Source: Atribacterota bacterium
GTDB lineage: Bacteria; Atribacterota; Phoenicimicrobiia; Phoenicimicrobiales; Stramentimicrobiaceae
Reading direction: 5' to 3'
Length of the DNA: 64,000 bases
NCBI GenBank assembly: GCA_040767965.1
Contig: JAXGNR010000005.1
Coordinates: 64,001-128,000, forward strand
Made by a program: the position numbers and the translations under genes. The notes under the pieces were generated by a model. It did not search any database and was not told where the DNA came from. It saw only the letters and a list, made by a program, of their open reading frames with translations. Positions 51,856 to 61,715 of the stretch are shown here, one piece after another. The stretch's first letter is position 1, and every line of letters starts with the position of its first letter.

Positions 51856-52386
51856 ATGAAAAAAATAATTAAAGGAATTACAATAGAGTGTATTGTTGGA
51901 GATATTGCAACTCAAAGTGATATAACTGCAGTGGTTAATGCCGCAAATGCTCAATTAAGAACAGGCGGCGGTGTAGCTGGTGCACTCCATAGGGCTGCCG
52001 GGCCAGGATTAGAAGAAGAATGTCGTCCTTTGGCTCCAATTAAGCCAGGAGAAGCAGTTATAACCGGGGCCCATAAATTGCCAAATCGTTTTGTTATTCA
52101 TTGTCTGGGCCCAGTATATGGAATTGATAATCCAGAAGATGTTTTACTGGCTAATTGTTACCGAAATTGTCTTAAAATTGCTGAAGAACATCATATCGAT
52201 TCAATTGCATTTCCTGCAATCTCCACCGGTTCCTTTGGATATCCTATTCAGGAGGCTACTGAAATTGCCATATATGCAATTCAGGAGATGATCTGCAAGC
52301 TGAAAAGTATAAAGCATATTCGTTTTGTTTTGCATGACCAGAATGTACTATATATTTATGAAAATTTAATAGAAAGAATTTTATAG
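51856..52386 (+). CDS. Macro domain protein (YmdB-like O-acetyl-ADP-ribose deacetylase)
   Basis: Motifs GDI, VNAAN, GGGVAGA and FPAISTGSFGYP. Confidence 0.92.
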   Translation: MKKIIKGITIECIVGDIATQSDITAVVNAANAQLRTGGGVAGALHRAAGPGLEEECRPLAPIKPGEAVITGAHKLPNRFVIHCLGPVYGIDNPEDVLLANCYRNCLKIAEEHHIDSIAFPAISTGSFGYPIQEATEIAIYAIQEMICKLKSIKHIRFVLHDQNVLYIYENLIERIL

Positions 52387-52607
52387 TCTACCATTAAAAA
52401 ATTGAGATAAATCAAAATAATAAAAGAATGTTTGAAATAGAATTATTCTTTCGAATATTCTTTTATTATTATTTTTTGTGTATTTACAGGGGTTAAAGTA
52501 ATATTTTTCAATATTTATTTGTGCTATAAGCTTTTCTTTTTAATATTTGTATATTATAATAACTTTAAAAATATAAATTTTAATGAATTGAGAAAGGAGA
52601 ATTTAAA

Positions 52608-53627
52608 TTGAAGAAAAGTTTACTGATTTTATTGGTCATGATAATGGCTGTTTTTGCCTTAACCGGGTGTGATGGCATTACTCCGGCTGAAGGTGAAGGA
52701 GAAGGTGAGGGAGAAGGCGAATTTGAAGGGTCCTGTCCTGAAATAAGCCTGTCTGGTTCAGTTGTTATTGATGGCAAAACTTACGTAAGGGGTATGAGTA
52801 TTTGGGACTTGGAAGGCCCTGAATTATTAGATCTTTATGATGATATTACTCTTACCATAACCTATAAAACCCCTACTGAAGGAACTGCTGCTTATTTATC
52901 TGGTTTTACCTATGGGTTAATTGACACTATTTTTGAGGATGTTATTAAAGACAAAGAAATAGGATTGCTTGACTTAGAAATTCCCATGTTCCCTAATGAA
53001 GATTATACAGTGTACACAGGTTCTTTAAAGCCATACTTGTTAGGCTGGCAAACTGATTGCACTGCTTTTATGATCAAAGTAATTTCCTGTGATGGAGATT
53101 GTGTTTGCAAATTACCTTTTATAGTAGACAATAAACCTCCGTATGCAAGCATAGAAATAGATTTGGACGAAGAGGCTTGTCCTTGTGATGGATGCGCTTT
53201 AACATTTACTTCTGAAATTTTAGAACCAGACTGTGATGATGATATCCTTTGCTGTGGTGATGATTGTTCTGGTTTTGCAGGTTGGTCTATTGCTATTTAT
53301 GATACAAACCCACATAATAAGTGCTGCTCTATTCCATGCGCAGAACCAGTGTTTACCTGTTCGGGAACAGATTGCCCAATTGAATGCACTACAGATTGTT
53401 TGGAAGAAGGTACGTATTATGTAATTACAAATCTGGTAGACAATGTTGGTATAGAAAAAGAATACTATGTAAAAATTGAAATTGGTTCTGATTGTGATAT
53501 AGTAGAAATCATTGAATATGAAGCAAACATCAACATGGATCAATGCCCAGACTGGGAAAATGATTATTATAACATCACTGAAAGTAAAATTTATGGTGAT
53601 TGCGGAAAATTTGAATTTATTGGTTAA
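52608..53627 (+). CDS. Acidic cysteine-rich lipoprotein with a (GE)n linker, function unknown
   Basis: SD AAAGGAG with TTG start, lipobox LTGC, EGEGEGEGEGE, 23 Cys in total, own terminator. Confidence 0.85.
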   Translation: MKKSLLILLVMIMAVFALTGCDGITPAEGEGEGEGEGEFEGSCPEISLSGSVVIDGKTYVRGMSIWDLEGPELLDLYDDITLTITYKTPTEGTAAYLSGFTYGLIDTIFEDVIKDKEIGLLDLEIPMFPNEDYTVYTGSLKPYLLGWQTDCTAFMIKVISCDGDCVCKLPFIVDNKPPYASIEIDLDEEACPCDGCALTFTSEILEPDCDDDILCCGDDCSGFAGWSIAIYDTNPHNKCCSIPCAEPVFTCSGTDCPIECTTDCLEEGTYYVITNLVDNVGIEKEYYVKIEIGSDCDIVEIIEYEANINMDQCPDWENDYYNITESKIYGDCGKFEFIG

Positions 53628-53643
53628 TTAAAACAATATACTG

Positions 53644-53679
53644 AATAAAAAAGGGCCTTTTAAAAGGCCCTTTTTTATT
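53644..53679. terminator. Bidirectional terminator (perfect 36-bp palindrome)
   Basis: AATAAAAAAGGGCCTTTTAAAAGGCCCTTTTTTATT between convergent genes. Confidence 0.9.
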
Positions 53680-54304
53680 TTAAAATTTTTTTAACCTCAT
53701 GTACCGGAATAATATTGGGTTTTTTACCTAAAATAGCTTGCATTACTGTCAGGTAGGCAGATGTTTCCAGAGTTTCCATTCTGGCATAAGCTGTTTCAAT
53801 TGAGCTTCCACAAGTAGTAGCTCCATGATTTTCCATAATAAATACATTGTATCCATCTCGCACTTCTTTAACAAATTTTTCTGCAAATAATTCAGTACCC
53901 GGCTTGCAATAGGGCAAATAAGCAATTTTTTCTAATATTACAAGCGCTTCAGGAAGAGTATTTAATAAGATTTGCAGATTATTGATTGCGCATAATAAAA
54001 CATTTCTGGGATGGGCATGGAAAATGCTTTTAATATCTTTTTTGTTCTGATAAATTTTTATATGCATTTTAATCTCTGAAGAAGGTTTATATTTTCCCTC
54101 TAATTGTTTACCATTAAGATCGGTAACAACAATATCTTCTTTAGTAAAAAAATGTTTAATAAAATTAGAAGGGGTTATATAAATTCTATCATTTAACATG
54201 ATACTCATATTGCCTCCAGTAGATTCGGTGAGCTGTCTATCCCAGGTTAACCGTACATAGCTGACAAATTTTTGTAATAGTCTTTCCTCAATACAATTAT
54301 TCAA
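53675..54304 (-). CDS. fucA: Class II aldolase (L-fuculose-1-phosphate aldolase-like)
   Basis: GGNMS, ITPS, PSSEIKMH, HAHP and NHG motifs. Divergent from fucU-fucI. Confidence 0.75.
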   Translation of the reverse strand: MNNCIEERLLQKFVSYVRLTWDRQLTESTGGNMSIMLNDRIYITPSNFIKHFFTKEDIVVTDLNGKQLEGKYKPSSEIKMHIKIYQNKKDIKSIFHAHPRNVLLCAINNLQILLNTLPEALVILEKIAYLPYCKPGTELFAEKFVKEVRDGYNVFIMENHGATTCGSSIETAYARMETLETSAYLTVMQAILGKKPNIIPVHEVKKILK

Positions 54305-54530
54305 AATTTCCTCCTGACTTTATTGTATTTTCTAAAAATATTTTGCTATTACTTTTAAAAATTATATCATTGTTTCTAAAAAAAAGTTTAAAAGTCAAAA
54401 TATTTTAAAAAAACTGTTATAATTAATATCATAGGATTTTAAATAAAAATATATAAAAATGCTAATCCTTCAATTATTGCAAATTTCCAAAAGATCTTTC
54501 AATCTATTTTTTTAAGGAGGATTCTCTTTT

Positions 54531-54950
54531 ATGTTGAAAAATATTCCCCCAATACTATCTCCCACATTAATGTTATCAATTATGGAAATGGGACACGGTG
54601 ATGAAATAGTTCTAGCAGATGGGAATTATCCCGTTGAGTCAACTGCAACCATTTCAGTAAGAGCTGATGGACATGGAATTCCAGAATTATTAGAGGCAAT
54701 TTTAAAGTTTTTCCCCTTAGATCAACAAGCCATAAACAATGTCTTTTTCATGAAAAAAGATGAAAAGGAAAAACCATCAATCTGGCAAAAATACCAAACA
54801 ATTCTTGATAATTCTCAAGAAAAATATGCAATTGAAAAATTAGACAGGTTCCAGTTTTATGAAAGGGCAAGAGAGGCTTACACTATTGTTGCTACTGGAG
54901 AAAAAACACTCTATGCAAATATAATATTAAAAAAAGGTGTTGTGGAATAA
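54531..54950 (+). CDS. fucU: L-fucose mutarotase (RbsD/FucU)
   Basis: MGHGDEIVLADGNYP, RFQFYERA and YANIILKKGV motifs. Confidence 0.92.
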   Translation: MLKNIPPILSPTLMLSIMEMGHGDEIVLADGNYPVESTATISVRADGHGIPELLEAILKFFPLDQQAINNVFFMKKDEKEKPSIWQKYQTILDNSQEKYAIEKLDRFQFYERAREAYTIVATGEKTLYANIILKKGVVE

Positions 54951-55031
54951 CAAATTTATTTAAAGGATGCTGTAAGGGGATTTTTAAAATATAAAATCTT
55001 TTAATTAATAAAAGTAAAAAAGGAGAGTTTT

Positions 55032-56819
55032 ATGAAATTTGAGAACAGATTAATCGGGTCAATGCCAAAAGTTGGAATCAGGCCTATTATTGACGGGAGA
55101 AGAAGAGGGGTACGGGAATCGTTGGAGAAACAGACAATAGAGATGGCCAAGGATGTTGCAAAATTAATAAGTTCCAACTTGAGACATTCTAATGGCACGA
55201 ATGTTGAATGTGTTCTAGCTGATACCACTATTGGAGGTTTTGCTGAAGCAGCAAAGTGTGCCGATAAGTTCTCCAGGGAAAATGTGGGGGTTTCCCTAAG
55301 TGTAACTCCATGTTGGTGTTATGGAATGGAAACTATTGATCTGGATCCGTATTTGCCAAAAGCCATTTGGGGTTTCAATGGAACCGAAAGACCTGGGGCA
55401 GTTTATCTGGCAGCTGCCCTTGCTGGTCATGATCAGTTAGGGTTACCAGCTTTTGGAATTTATGGAAAAAATGTAAGAGATTTAGAAGATAAGAATATTC
55501 CTGAAGATGTGCAATCAAAAATATTTCAATTTGTCAAATCCGGATTAGCAGTTTCTTATATGAAAGGAAAATCATACCTGGCTTTAGGCGGAGTTTCTAT
55601 GGGGATTGCCGGATCAATAGTAAATCCAGAATTTTTTCAAGACTATTTAGGAATGCGAACTGAATTTGTTGATATGTCTGAATTTGTACGCCGTTTAAAA
55701 GAAGAAATTTTTGACAAAGAGGAATTTACTAGAGCTCTTGATTGGGCAAAAGAAAATTGTAGAGAAGGTGTTGATAGAAACAATGAAAAAATAAGACACT
55801 CTCGCAAAAAGAAAGATGATGAATGGGGTACAGTTATAAAAATGACTTTGATTGCCAGAGATTTAATGATTGGAAATAAAAAATTGATTGATTTGGGCTA
55901 TGAAGAAGAAGCAGAAGGCCATAATGCGCTAGCTGCAGGATTTCAAGGACAAAGGCAGTGGACAGATAATTTCCCTGACGGAGATTTTATGGAAACAATA
56001 CTTAATACTTCCTTTGACTGGAATGGAGTTAGAGAGCCATTTATCTTTGCAACAGAGAATGATTGTTTAAACGGTGTAGCTATGCTATGGAATCATCTTA
56101 TTTCCAATCGGGCTCAGATGTTTTCTGATGTAAGAACATTCTGGAGCCCTGAAGCAGTTTTCAGAGTAACTGGAAAACAATTAACAGGAAAAGCTGAAAA
56201 TGGTATAATTCATCTGATTAATTCAGGATCCACTACCCTTGATGCAACCGGTCAGCAAAAAGATAATCAGCAGTCAGTGATGAAACCTTTCTGGGAATTA
56301 AACCAGGAAGACGTGAAAGCTTGTTTAGAAAATACCAGCTGGAGTCCAGCAAATTTGGAATATATGCGTGGAGGTGGTTTTTCATCAACATTCTGGACTA
56401 AAGGCGAAATGCCAGTAACCATGTCCAGAATTAATTTAATTAAAGGAATAGGCCCGGTTTTACAAATTGCCGAAGGTTATACAGTTGAATTATTGGAGGA
56501 GATAAGCTTTATTTTAACTGAAAGGACTGACCCTGCCTGGCCAACCACCTGGTTTGTCCCTATATTAACTGGAAAAGGTGCGTTTCGAGATGTTTATTCA
56601 GTAATGAATCATTGGGGAGCAAATCATGGAGCTATCAGTTATGGACATATCGGAAAAGATTTAATTACACTAGCTTCCATACTGAGAATTCCAGTAGCAA
56701 TGCATAATATTTCTGAAGAAAATATATTCAGACCTAAGACATGGGGCTCGTTTGGTACTCAAGATCTGGAAGGAGCAGATTATAGGGCATGTAAAAATTT
56801 TGGACCATTGTATCGATAG
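55032..56819 (+). CDS. fucI: L-fucose isomerase
   Basis: Motifs [43 protein letters not shown] and WGANH. Confidence 0.96.
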   Translation: MKFENRLIGSMPKVGIRPIIDGRRRGVRESLEKQTIEMAKDVAKLISSNLRHSNGTNVECVLADTTIGGFAEAAKCADKFSRENVGVSLSVTPCWCYGMETIDLDPYLPKAIWGFNGTERPGAVYLAAALAGHDQLGLPAFGIYGKNVRDLEDKNIPEDVQSKIFQFVKSGLAVSYMKGKSYLALGGVSMGIAGSIVNPEFFQDYLGMRTEFVDMSEFVRRLKEEIFDKEEFTRALDWAKENCREGVDRNNEKIRHSRKKKDDEWGTVIKMTLIARDLMIGNKKLIDLGYEEEAEGHNALAAGFQGQRQWTDNFPDGDFMETILNTSFDWNGVREPFIFATENDCLNGVAMLWNHLISNRAQMFSDVRTFWSPEAVFRVTGKQLTGKAENGIIHLINSGSTTLDATGQQKDNQQSVMKPFWELNQEDVKACLENTSWSPANLEYMRGGGFSSTFWTKGEMPVTMSRINLIKGIGPVLQIAEGYTVELLEEISFILTERTDPAWPTTWFVPILTGKGAFRDVYSVMNHWGANHGAISYGHIGKDLITLASILRIPVAMHNISEENIFRPKTWGSFGTQDLEGADYRACKNFGPLYR

Positions 56820-56934
56820 TTTCAATTACTCTCTTGACAAATATTTAAATGAATATTTATTTATTCTAAAAATAAATATTTCATTTTTAAACTTACTAAA
56901 AAATTATTCGGAAATTAAAAAATCGAGTAATTTT

Positions 56935-59772
56935 TTAGTAGGTAAATATTTTAAACCTGGTTTTCTGAATAACTTCAAAAAAGATAGCTACTAAATCAGG
57001 GTCAAACTGAGTTCCTGCTTTCTTAGATATCTCTTCTAATGCTTCTTTTTGACTCATTACCTCTTTATAAGGTCTTTTTGTCTGCATGGTGTCAAAGGCA
57101 TCAATGATTGCAATTATCCTGGACAATATTGGAATTTCTTGACCAGTAAGACCCACCGGATATCCTGATCCATCCCATTTTTCGTGATGATAAAGGATTT
57201 CTTTGCAGATTGATGCAAAATCAGGAATGTTTTTGGTAATTCGGTATCCTATCTGGCAATGAGTTTTCATTATTTCCCATTCAGAAGGAGAAAGCGGTTC
57301 TTTTTTTAATAAGATACTTTCAGGTATGCCGATTTTGCCGATATCATATAATAATACCAATAAATGAAGCCTGTTTAATTCATAATAATTGAGATTGATT
57401 TTTTCACCAATTTCCAGAGCTATGGCAGCCATACAATTTCTGTTATTTTTTATATGAGGGTTTCTTTCTGACAGAATCGTAAGAAAGGCATTTAAAAGAT
57501 GCTTTTCTCTACTTTTAGTGCTGAACAATTTATTCTGATACATTTTTTCATCTGCTTCTCTAAAAAGCTCTTCTGATGTCTTTGATGAAGTTGCCTGTGT
57601 GGAATACCCTACAGAAATGTTTGGATTTAAATAAGCTGGAGAAAAATTATTCTGCTGACAGTAAGAAAGAAGTCTCTGGCAAAAAGCCTCAGCATCATTA
57701 GAGCTTGTGTTTGGTAAAATGATAGCAAATTCATCACCTCCTAAGCGAGCTATAATATCTCCACCTCGAGAAATATTTTTAAGTAATTGAGCCAGGTTTT
57801 TCAACAATTGATCTCCCTGTTGATGTCCAAAAGCATCATTAACTGCTTTTAAGCCATTAACATCAATCATTACTACATTAAGCGGATAATAACGGGGATT
57901 ATTCATTCTGTTTAATTCTTCTTCTAAAAAAGATCTATTATATAAACCGGTAAGAGAATCATGAAAACTAATATAAGTTATTTCTTCTTCGCTTTGCTTG
58001 CGGATGATGGCAGTGGCAACCTGATCAGCCACAATTTCCATTAATTTAATATCTTTTTCAGTATAACAATTAGGATTATAGTAGTTCTGGACAGTCATAG
58101 CACCGATTACATTCCCTTCAATTTTTAAAGGAACGCTAAGCCAGCAAATATCTTTTGTTATTTCACCAGGGTTTTTAACATCATTATTATCAATTAATTG
58201 ACATATATTGGAATAATTCAGCAATAAGGATTGCCCTCTTTCAAGTAAATATCCTGTTAAAGTGTTTTTGTAAATTAAATTTTCTGAAGAGAAATTATTT
58301 TCTTTTTCATCATATGCATATACAAAATCAAGCTGGTCACGTATTTTATCAAGCAAGGCAATGTAAAAATTTTTAGCGTCGATTACCTGGTTTAGTTTTT
58401 TATGAATAAGAGAATAAAGCTCTGACAGTTTTATTTGGGAATTAGCTCCCCTGGAGATATGGTAAAGGACCTGGTTTAAATTTTCATTTTGTTTTTGTTC
58501 GCTTATATCCTGATAAAGAGCAAATACTCCTTGTACTTTTTCATTATTTTTAATCTGAGAGGTTGAGATTTGTACAGGGATAACAGTTCCATCTTTCTTT
58601 CTGCGTTCAGTTTCATATTTTATCAGTTTTGAAAAAGGAGCTTTTTCTGTTAATTTTTTTCCTTCTTTAATTTTGCCAGAAGGATAAAAATTAATTTTAT
58701 CAATATTGATACCCTGGATCTCTTCCAGAGAGTAGCCAAATAGTTCTGTAAACTTTTGGTTAATGTCTAGAATGAAACCTTTATTATCATGGTAAATTGC
58801 AGCAAGAGGGTTATTTTTAAACAAGCTGGCAAATTTCTCTTCACTATTGCGAATTTTATCTTCTGCTTTTTTTTGTTCGCTTATATCCTGATAAAGGCAA
58901 ACTATTCTACTATTAAAATTGTCTATTTTTAAGGGTGAAGCAGATATGATTACCGGAAATGTAGTGCCATCTTTTTTCTTTCTTATAGATTCATATCTAA
59001 CTGGTTTATTTGCTGCAATCCTGGTTAATATTTCGCCCTGTTTTTTGGTTTTGGGAGGATGCAGGAATCCTTGATCAATATTTTTTCCCAGAAGCTCTTC
59101 TTTGGTAAAACCAAATACCTCAGTAAAACGGGAATTAACATCTAGAATAGTTCCTTCCGGGTCTATGTAAACCAAAGATTCTGGATTATATTGAAATAAA
59201 TGAGAGAATTCAAGGCGGCTTTGCCTTAAATGTTCTTCGATTTTCTTTTTTTCAATAACAGTTGCAATTTGCTCAGAAACAAATTCCAATAGGTGAATAT
59301 CTTTTTCGGAATAAATGTCTGGTATGTTGTAATTTACTACTGCCAGAGATCCAATTATTTCATCGCCATATTTAAGAGGAACTCCCAACCAGGAGGTTTT
59401 TGGCGTCAGAGTTCCCAGTTTGTTAATGCTTATGACATTTTTTGCTGCCATCCCAAGTATTTGCTCATAATTAACCCATAATGACTTGCCATATTTGATA
59501 TTGTAATTTGCAAGAGTTCCTGATGCATCAAACTGGTTAACTTCTGAGCCTAACCGGTCTTTTTCATCAACAAAATAGGAAAATGTTACCATATCTTGAT
59601 TTTTTTCTTTTAATGCAATATGTAAATTGGTTGCGTCGATAATAGTATTTAGTTCTTTATAAATGATACTGTAAAGTTCCTGTAATGAAATATCAGAATT
59701 AGCAGCCTTTGAAATATTATAAAGAACTTTATCTAAGTTTTTATTTTTATTGATTTTCTTTTTTGTACCCAT
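56935..59772 (-). CDS. GAF-PAS-PAS-GAF-GGDEF-HD-GYP c-di-GMP signalling protein
   Basis: Two GAF domains (WLGVPLK, WLSVPLK), two PAS domains (KKDGT..PV), HDSLTGLYN, RLGGDEF, HHEKWDGSGYP. Confidence 0.9.
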   Translation of the reverse strand: MGTKKKINKNKNLDKVLYNISKAANSDISLQELYSIIYKELNTIIDATNLHIALKEKNQDMVTFSYFVDEKDRLGSEVNQFDASGTLANYNIKYGKSLWVNYEQILGMAAKNVISINKLGTLTPKTSWLGVPLKYGDEIIGSLAVVNYNIPDIYSEKDIHLLEFVSEQIATVIEKKKIEEHLRQSRLEFSHLFQYNPESLVYIDPEGTILDVNSRFTEVFGFTKEELLGKNIDQGFLHPPKTKKQGEILTRIAANKPVRYESIRKKKDGTTFPVIISASPLKIDNFNSRIVCLYQDISEQKKAEDKIRNSEEKFASLFKNNPLAAIYHDNKGFILDINQKFTELFGYSLEEIQGINIDKINFYPSGKIKEGKKLTEKAPFSKLIKYETERRKKDGTVIPVQISTSQIKNNEKVQGVFALYQDISEQKQNENLNQVLYHISRGANSQIKLSELYSLIHKKLNQVIDAKNFYIALLDKIRDQLDFVYAYDEKENNFSSENLIYKNTLTGYLLERGQSLLLNYSNICQLIDNNDVKNPGEITKDICWLSVPLKIEGNVIGAMTVQNYYNPNCYTEKDIKLMEIVADQVATAIIRKQSEEEITYISFHDSLTGLYNRSFLEEELNRMNNPRYYPLNVVMIDVNGLKAVNDAFGHQQGDQLLKNLAQLLKNISRGGDIIARLGGDEFAIILPNTSSNDAEAFCQRLLSYCQQNNFSPAYLNPNISVGYSTQATSSKTSEELFREADEKMYQNKLFSTKSREKHLLNAFLTILSERNPHIKNNRNCMAAIALEIGEKINLNYYELNRLHLLVLLYDIGKIGIPESILLKKEPLSPSEWEIMKTHCQIGYRITKNIPDFASICKEILYHHEKWDGSGYPVGLTGQEIPILSRIIAIIDAFDTMQTKRPYKEVMSQKEALEEISKKAGTQFDPDLVAIFFEVIQKTRFKIFTY

Positions 59773-60210
59773 ATTTTTATTAGCAATCTATTAAAATCTG
59801 ATGTTTTTTCATATTAGATGGAAATTATTGTAAATAAAAAAGAATGTTTTAAAAAAATTAAAACATCTTAAATATTTAGAAAAACATTTTCTCAATAGTA
59901 ATATACTTTTTTTATTCATTTATTGTCCAAAAAGATGGCTTATTTTTATAATGATTTAAATTTATTATAAAATATTTATTTTAATATTGTCAAAATATTA
60001 ATTTTATAAGTATTTATGGAAATTAAGAAAAAGAGCGTTCGCTGTATAACCGGGAAACACCAATATAGACTGTTAAATGATAGAAAACAATATTCTCCTA
60101 TAGCCGGGAATTTTACATATGATATAATTATATAAATATATTGATAAAAATTAAGAATATACTTAGTACTCTAATAAGATTTAATCTTTAATATAAATAA
60201 ATGCAAAATT

Positions 60211-61233
60211 ATGAGAAAAAATATAATTGATAATATTAATTCTAGTGTTAATAATTCTACAGATCATACTGAAAATTATGAATATATGCAGGATTTTCAA
60301 GCCATGGGAACAACTATTCAGTTGCAGTTTAATGCTCCAAAGCAAGAGTGGAAGAGAATAGCTGAAAAATCCATCCGACTTATTGACAACCTTGAGCAGG
60401 TAATGAGTTTTTACAAAATAGATAGCCAGATTAGCCAGCTTAATAACAGGGCAGGAAAAGAATGGCTTTCAGTAAGTCCTGAACTATTTTTTATTTGTAC
60501 AGAAGCAAAAAGATATGCGCGTTTAACGGAAGGTTTTTTTGATATAACTGTTGCCGCTCTAACAGAAATCTGGCAGCTATACGGTAAAAATGAAAAAATT
60601 CCCCCACAAAGCATTATCGAAAATAGAATGAAGCTGACAAATTATGAAGGAATACTAATTGATGAAGAAAACAAAAAAATAAAACTAGAAAAGGAAGGGC
60701 AGAAAATAGATTTGGGTGGTATTGCTAAAGGATATGCTGCTAATCGGGTTATAAGTTTGTATAGAGAGCTGGGAATTAAATCCGGGCTGGTCAATCTGGG
60801 AGGGAATGTAAGTTTACTTGGTTGTCATTATAATGGAAAGTTTTGGGGAGTAGGGCTACAAAACCCCAACAATCTCCGGGGCGAATGTTTGGGAGTATTG
60901 CTTTTAGAAAACACTTCGGTTGTTACCTCAGGTGATTATGAGCGCTTTTTCAGCGAATCTAATAAATATTATCATCATATTCTAGATCCCTTTACAGGAT
61001 ATCCTGCACGAGGCGGGTTAAGAAGTGTTATTATAGTTCATCAGGATTCAATGTTAGCTGATGTACTATCCACAGCAGTTTTTATTCTTGGCATGAATAG
61101 AGGAATAGAACTAATTAAAAATTTTGAAGATGTTGAAGTTATAATGATAACTGATAATGAAATATACCTTTCCAGTAAGATTATTAAAAGTTTTCACTTG
61201 ACGGAAAATTGTTTTACTGTTTTTCAAATATAA
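60211..61233 (+). CDS. apbE: FAD:protein FMN transferase
   Basis: Motifs AMGT, FDIT, DLGGIAKGYA, NLGGN, TSGDYER, HHILDP and ADVLSTA. Confidence 0.92.
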   Translation: MRKNIIDNINSSVNNSTDHTENYEYMQDFQAMGTTIQLQFNAPKQEWKRIAEKSIRLIDNLEQVMSFYKIDSQISQLNNRAGKEWLSVSPELFFICTEAKRYARLTEGFFDITVAALTEIWQLYGKNEKIPPQSIIENRMKLTNYEGILIDEENKKIKLEKEGQKIDLGGIAKGYAANRVISLYRELGIKSGLVNLGGNVSLLGCHYNGKFWGVGLQNPNNLRGECLGVLLLENTSVVTSGDYERFFSESNKYYHHILDPFTGYPARGGLRSVIIVHQDSMLADVLSTAVFILGMNRGIELIKNFEDVEVIMITDNEIYLSSKIIKSFHLTENCFTVFQI

Positions 61234-61289
61234 TTTCTAAAAATATTCAGAATACGGAGATATTTAGTATGTCAGGGAGGATAAAAAAA

Positions 61290-61670
61290 ATGTTAAAAAT
61301 TTTATTATACATCGTCATTACAATATTTATTATCTTTGGCGCAGCATTTGCCTACTTCAATCAAGGGTTAATTAAGTATCGTAAAATGGCTATTAATGAT
61401 GTAGATTTACAGAAAACAGAAGATGGGATCTACCTGGGAGAGTTTACTGGTGGCAGATGGAAAAATAAAATAGAAGTGACAATAAAAGATCACAGGATTA
61501 CAGATATTAAAATGCTGCAAGCATCTGATATGTCAGGGTTGAAAGATATAGGAGAAAAGGTTTTTAAAAAAGTGGAAGAGAAGCAATCTCTTCAGATAGA
61601 TACTGTTTCAGGTGCTACTGTTCATACGAAAGCAATATTGAAATCAATTGAAAATGCATTACAAAAATAA
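61290..61670 (+). CDS. Membrane-anchored FMN-binding (flavinylation target) protein
   Basis: GGGAGG SD with ATG 61290, N-terminal TM segment, DGIYLG, flavinylation motif DTVSGAT. Confidence 0.9.
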   Translation: MLKILLYIVITIFIIFGAAFAYFNQGLIKYRKMAINDVDLQKTEDGIYLGEFTGGRWKNKIEVTIKDHRITDIKMLQASDMSGLKDIGEKVFKKVEEKQSLQIDTVSGATVHTKAILKSIENALQK

Positions 61671-61703
61671 AAACCCTTATGCTTAAGCATAAGGGTTTTT
61701 ATT
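61666..61703. terminator. Bidirectional terminator (perfect 38-bp palindrome)
   Basis: AATAAAAACCCTTATGCTTAAGCATAAGGGTTTTTATT between convergent genes. Confidence 0.9.
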
Positions 61704-61715
61704 AGAATAAAATAC

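Noticed and set aside
51856-52386. Macro domain as part of an anti-phage or toxin-antitoxin system
   Set aside because: No neighbouring ADP-ribosyltransferase, sirtuin or DarT. It looks like housekeeping YmdB.
56752-56994. Possible read-through extension of fucI past TAG
   Set aside because: FucI ends at its normal FGPLY(R/K) terminus, and the listed ORF is in another frame.
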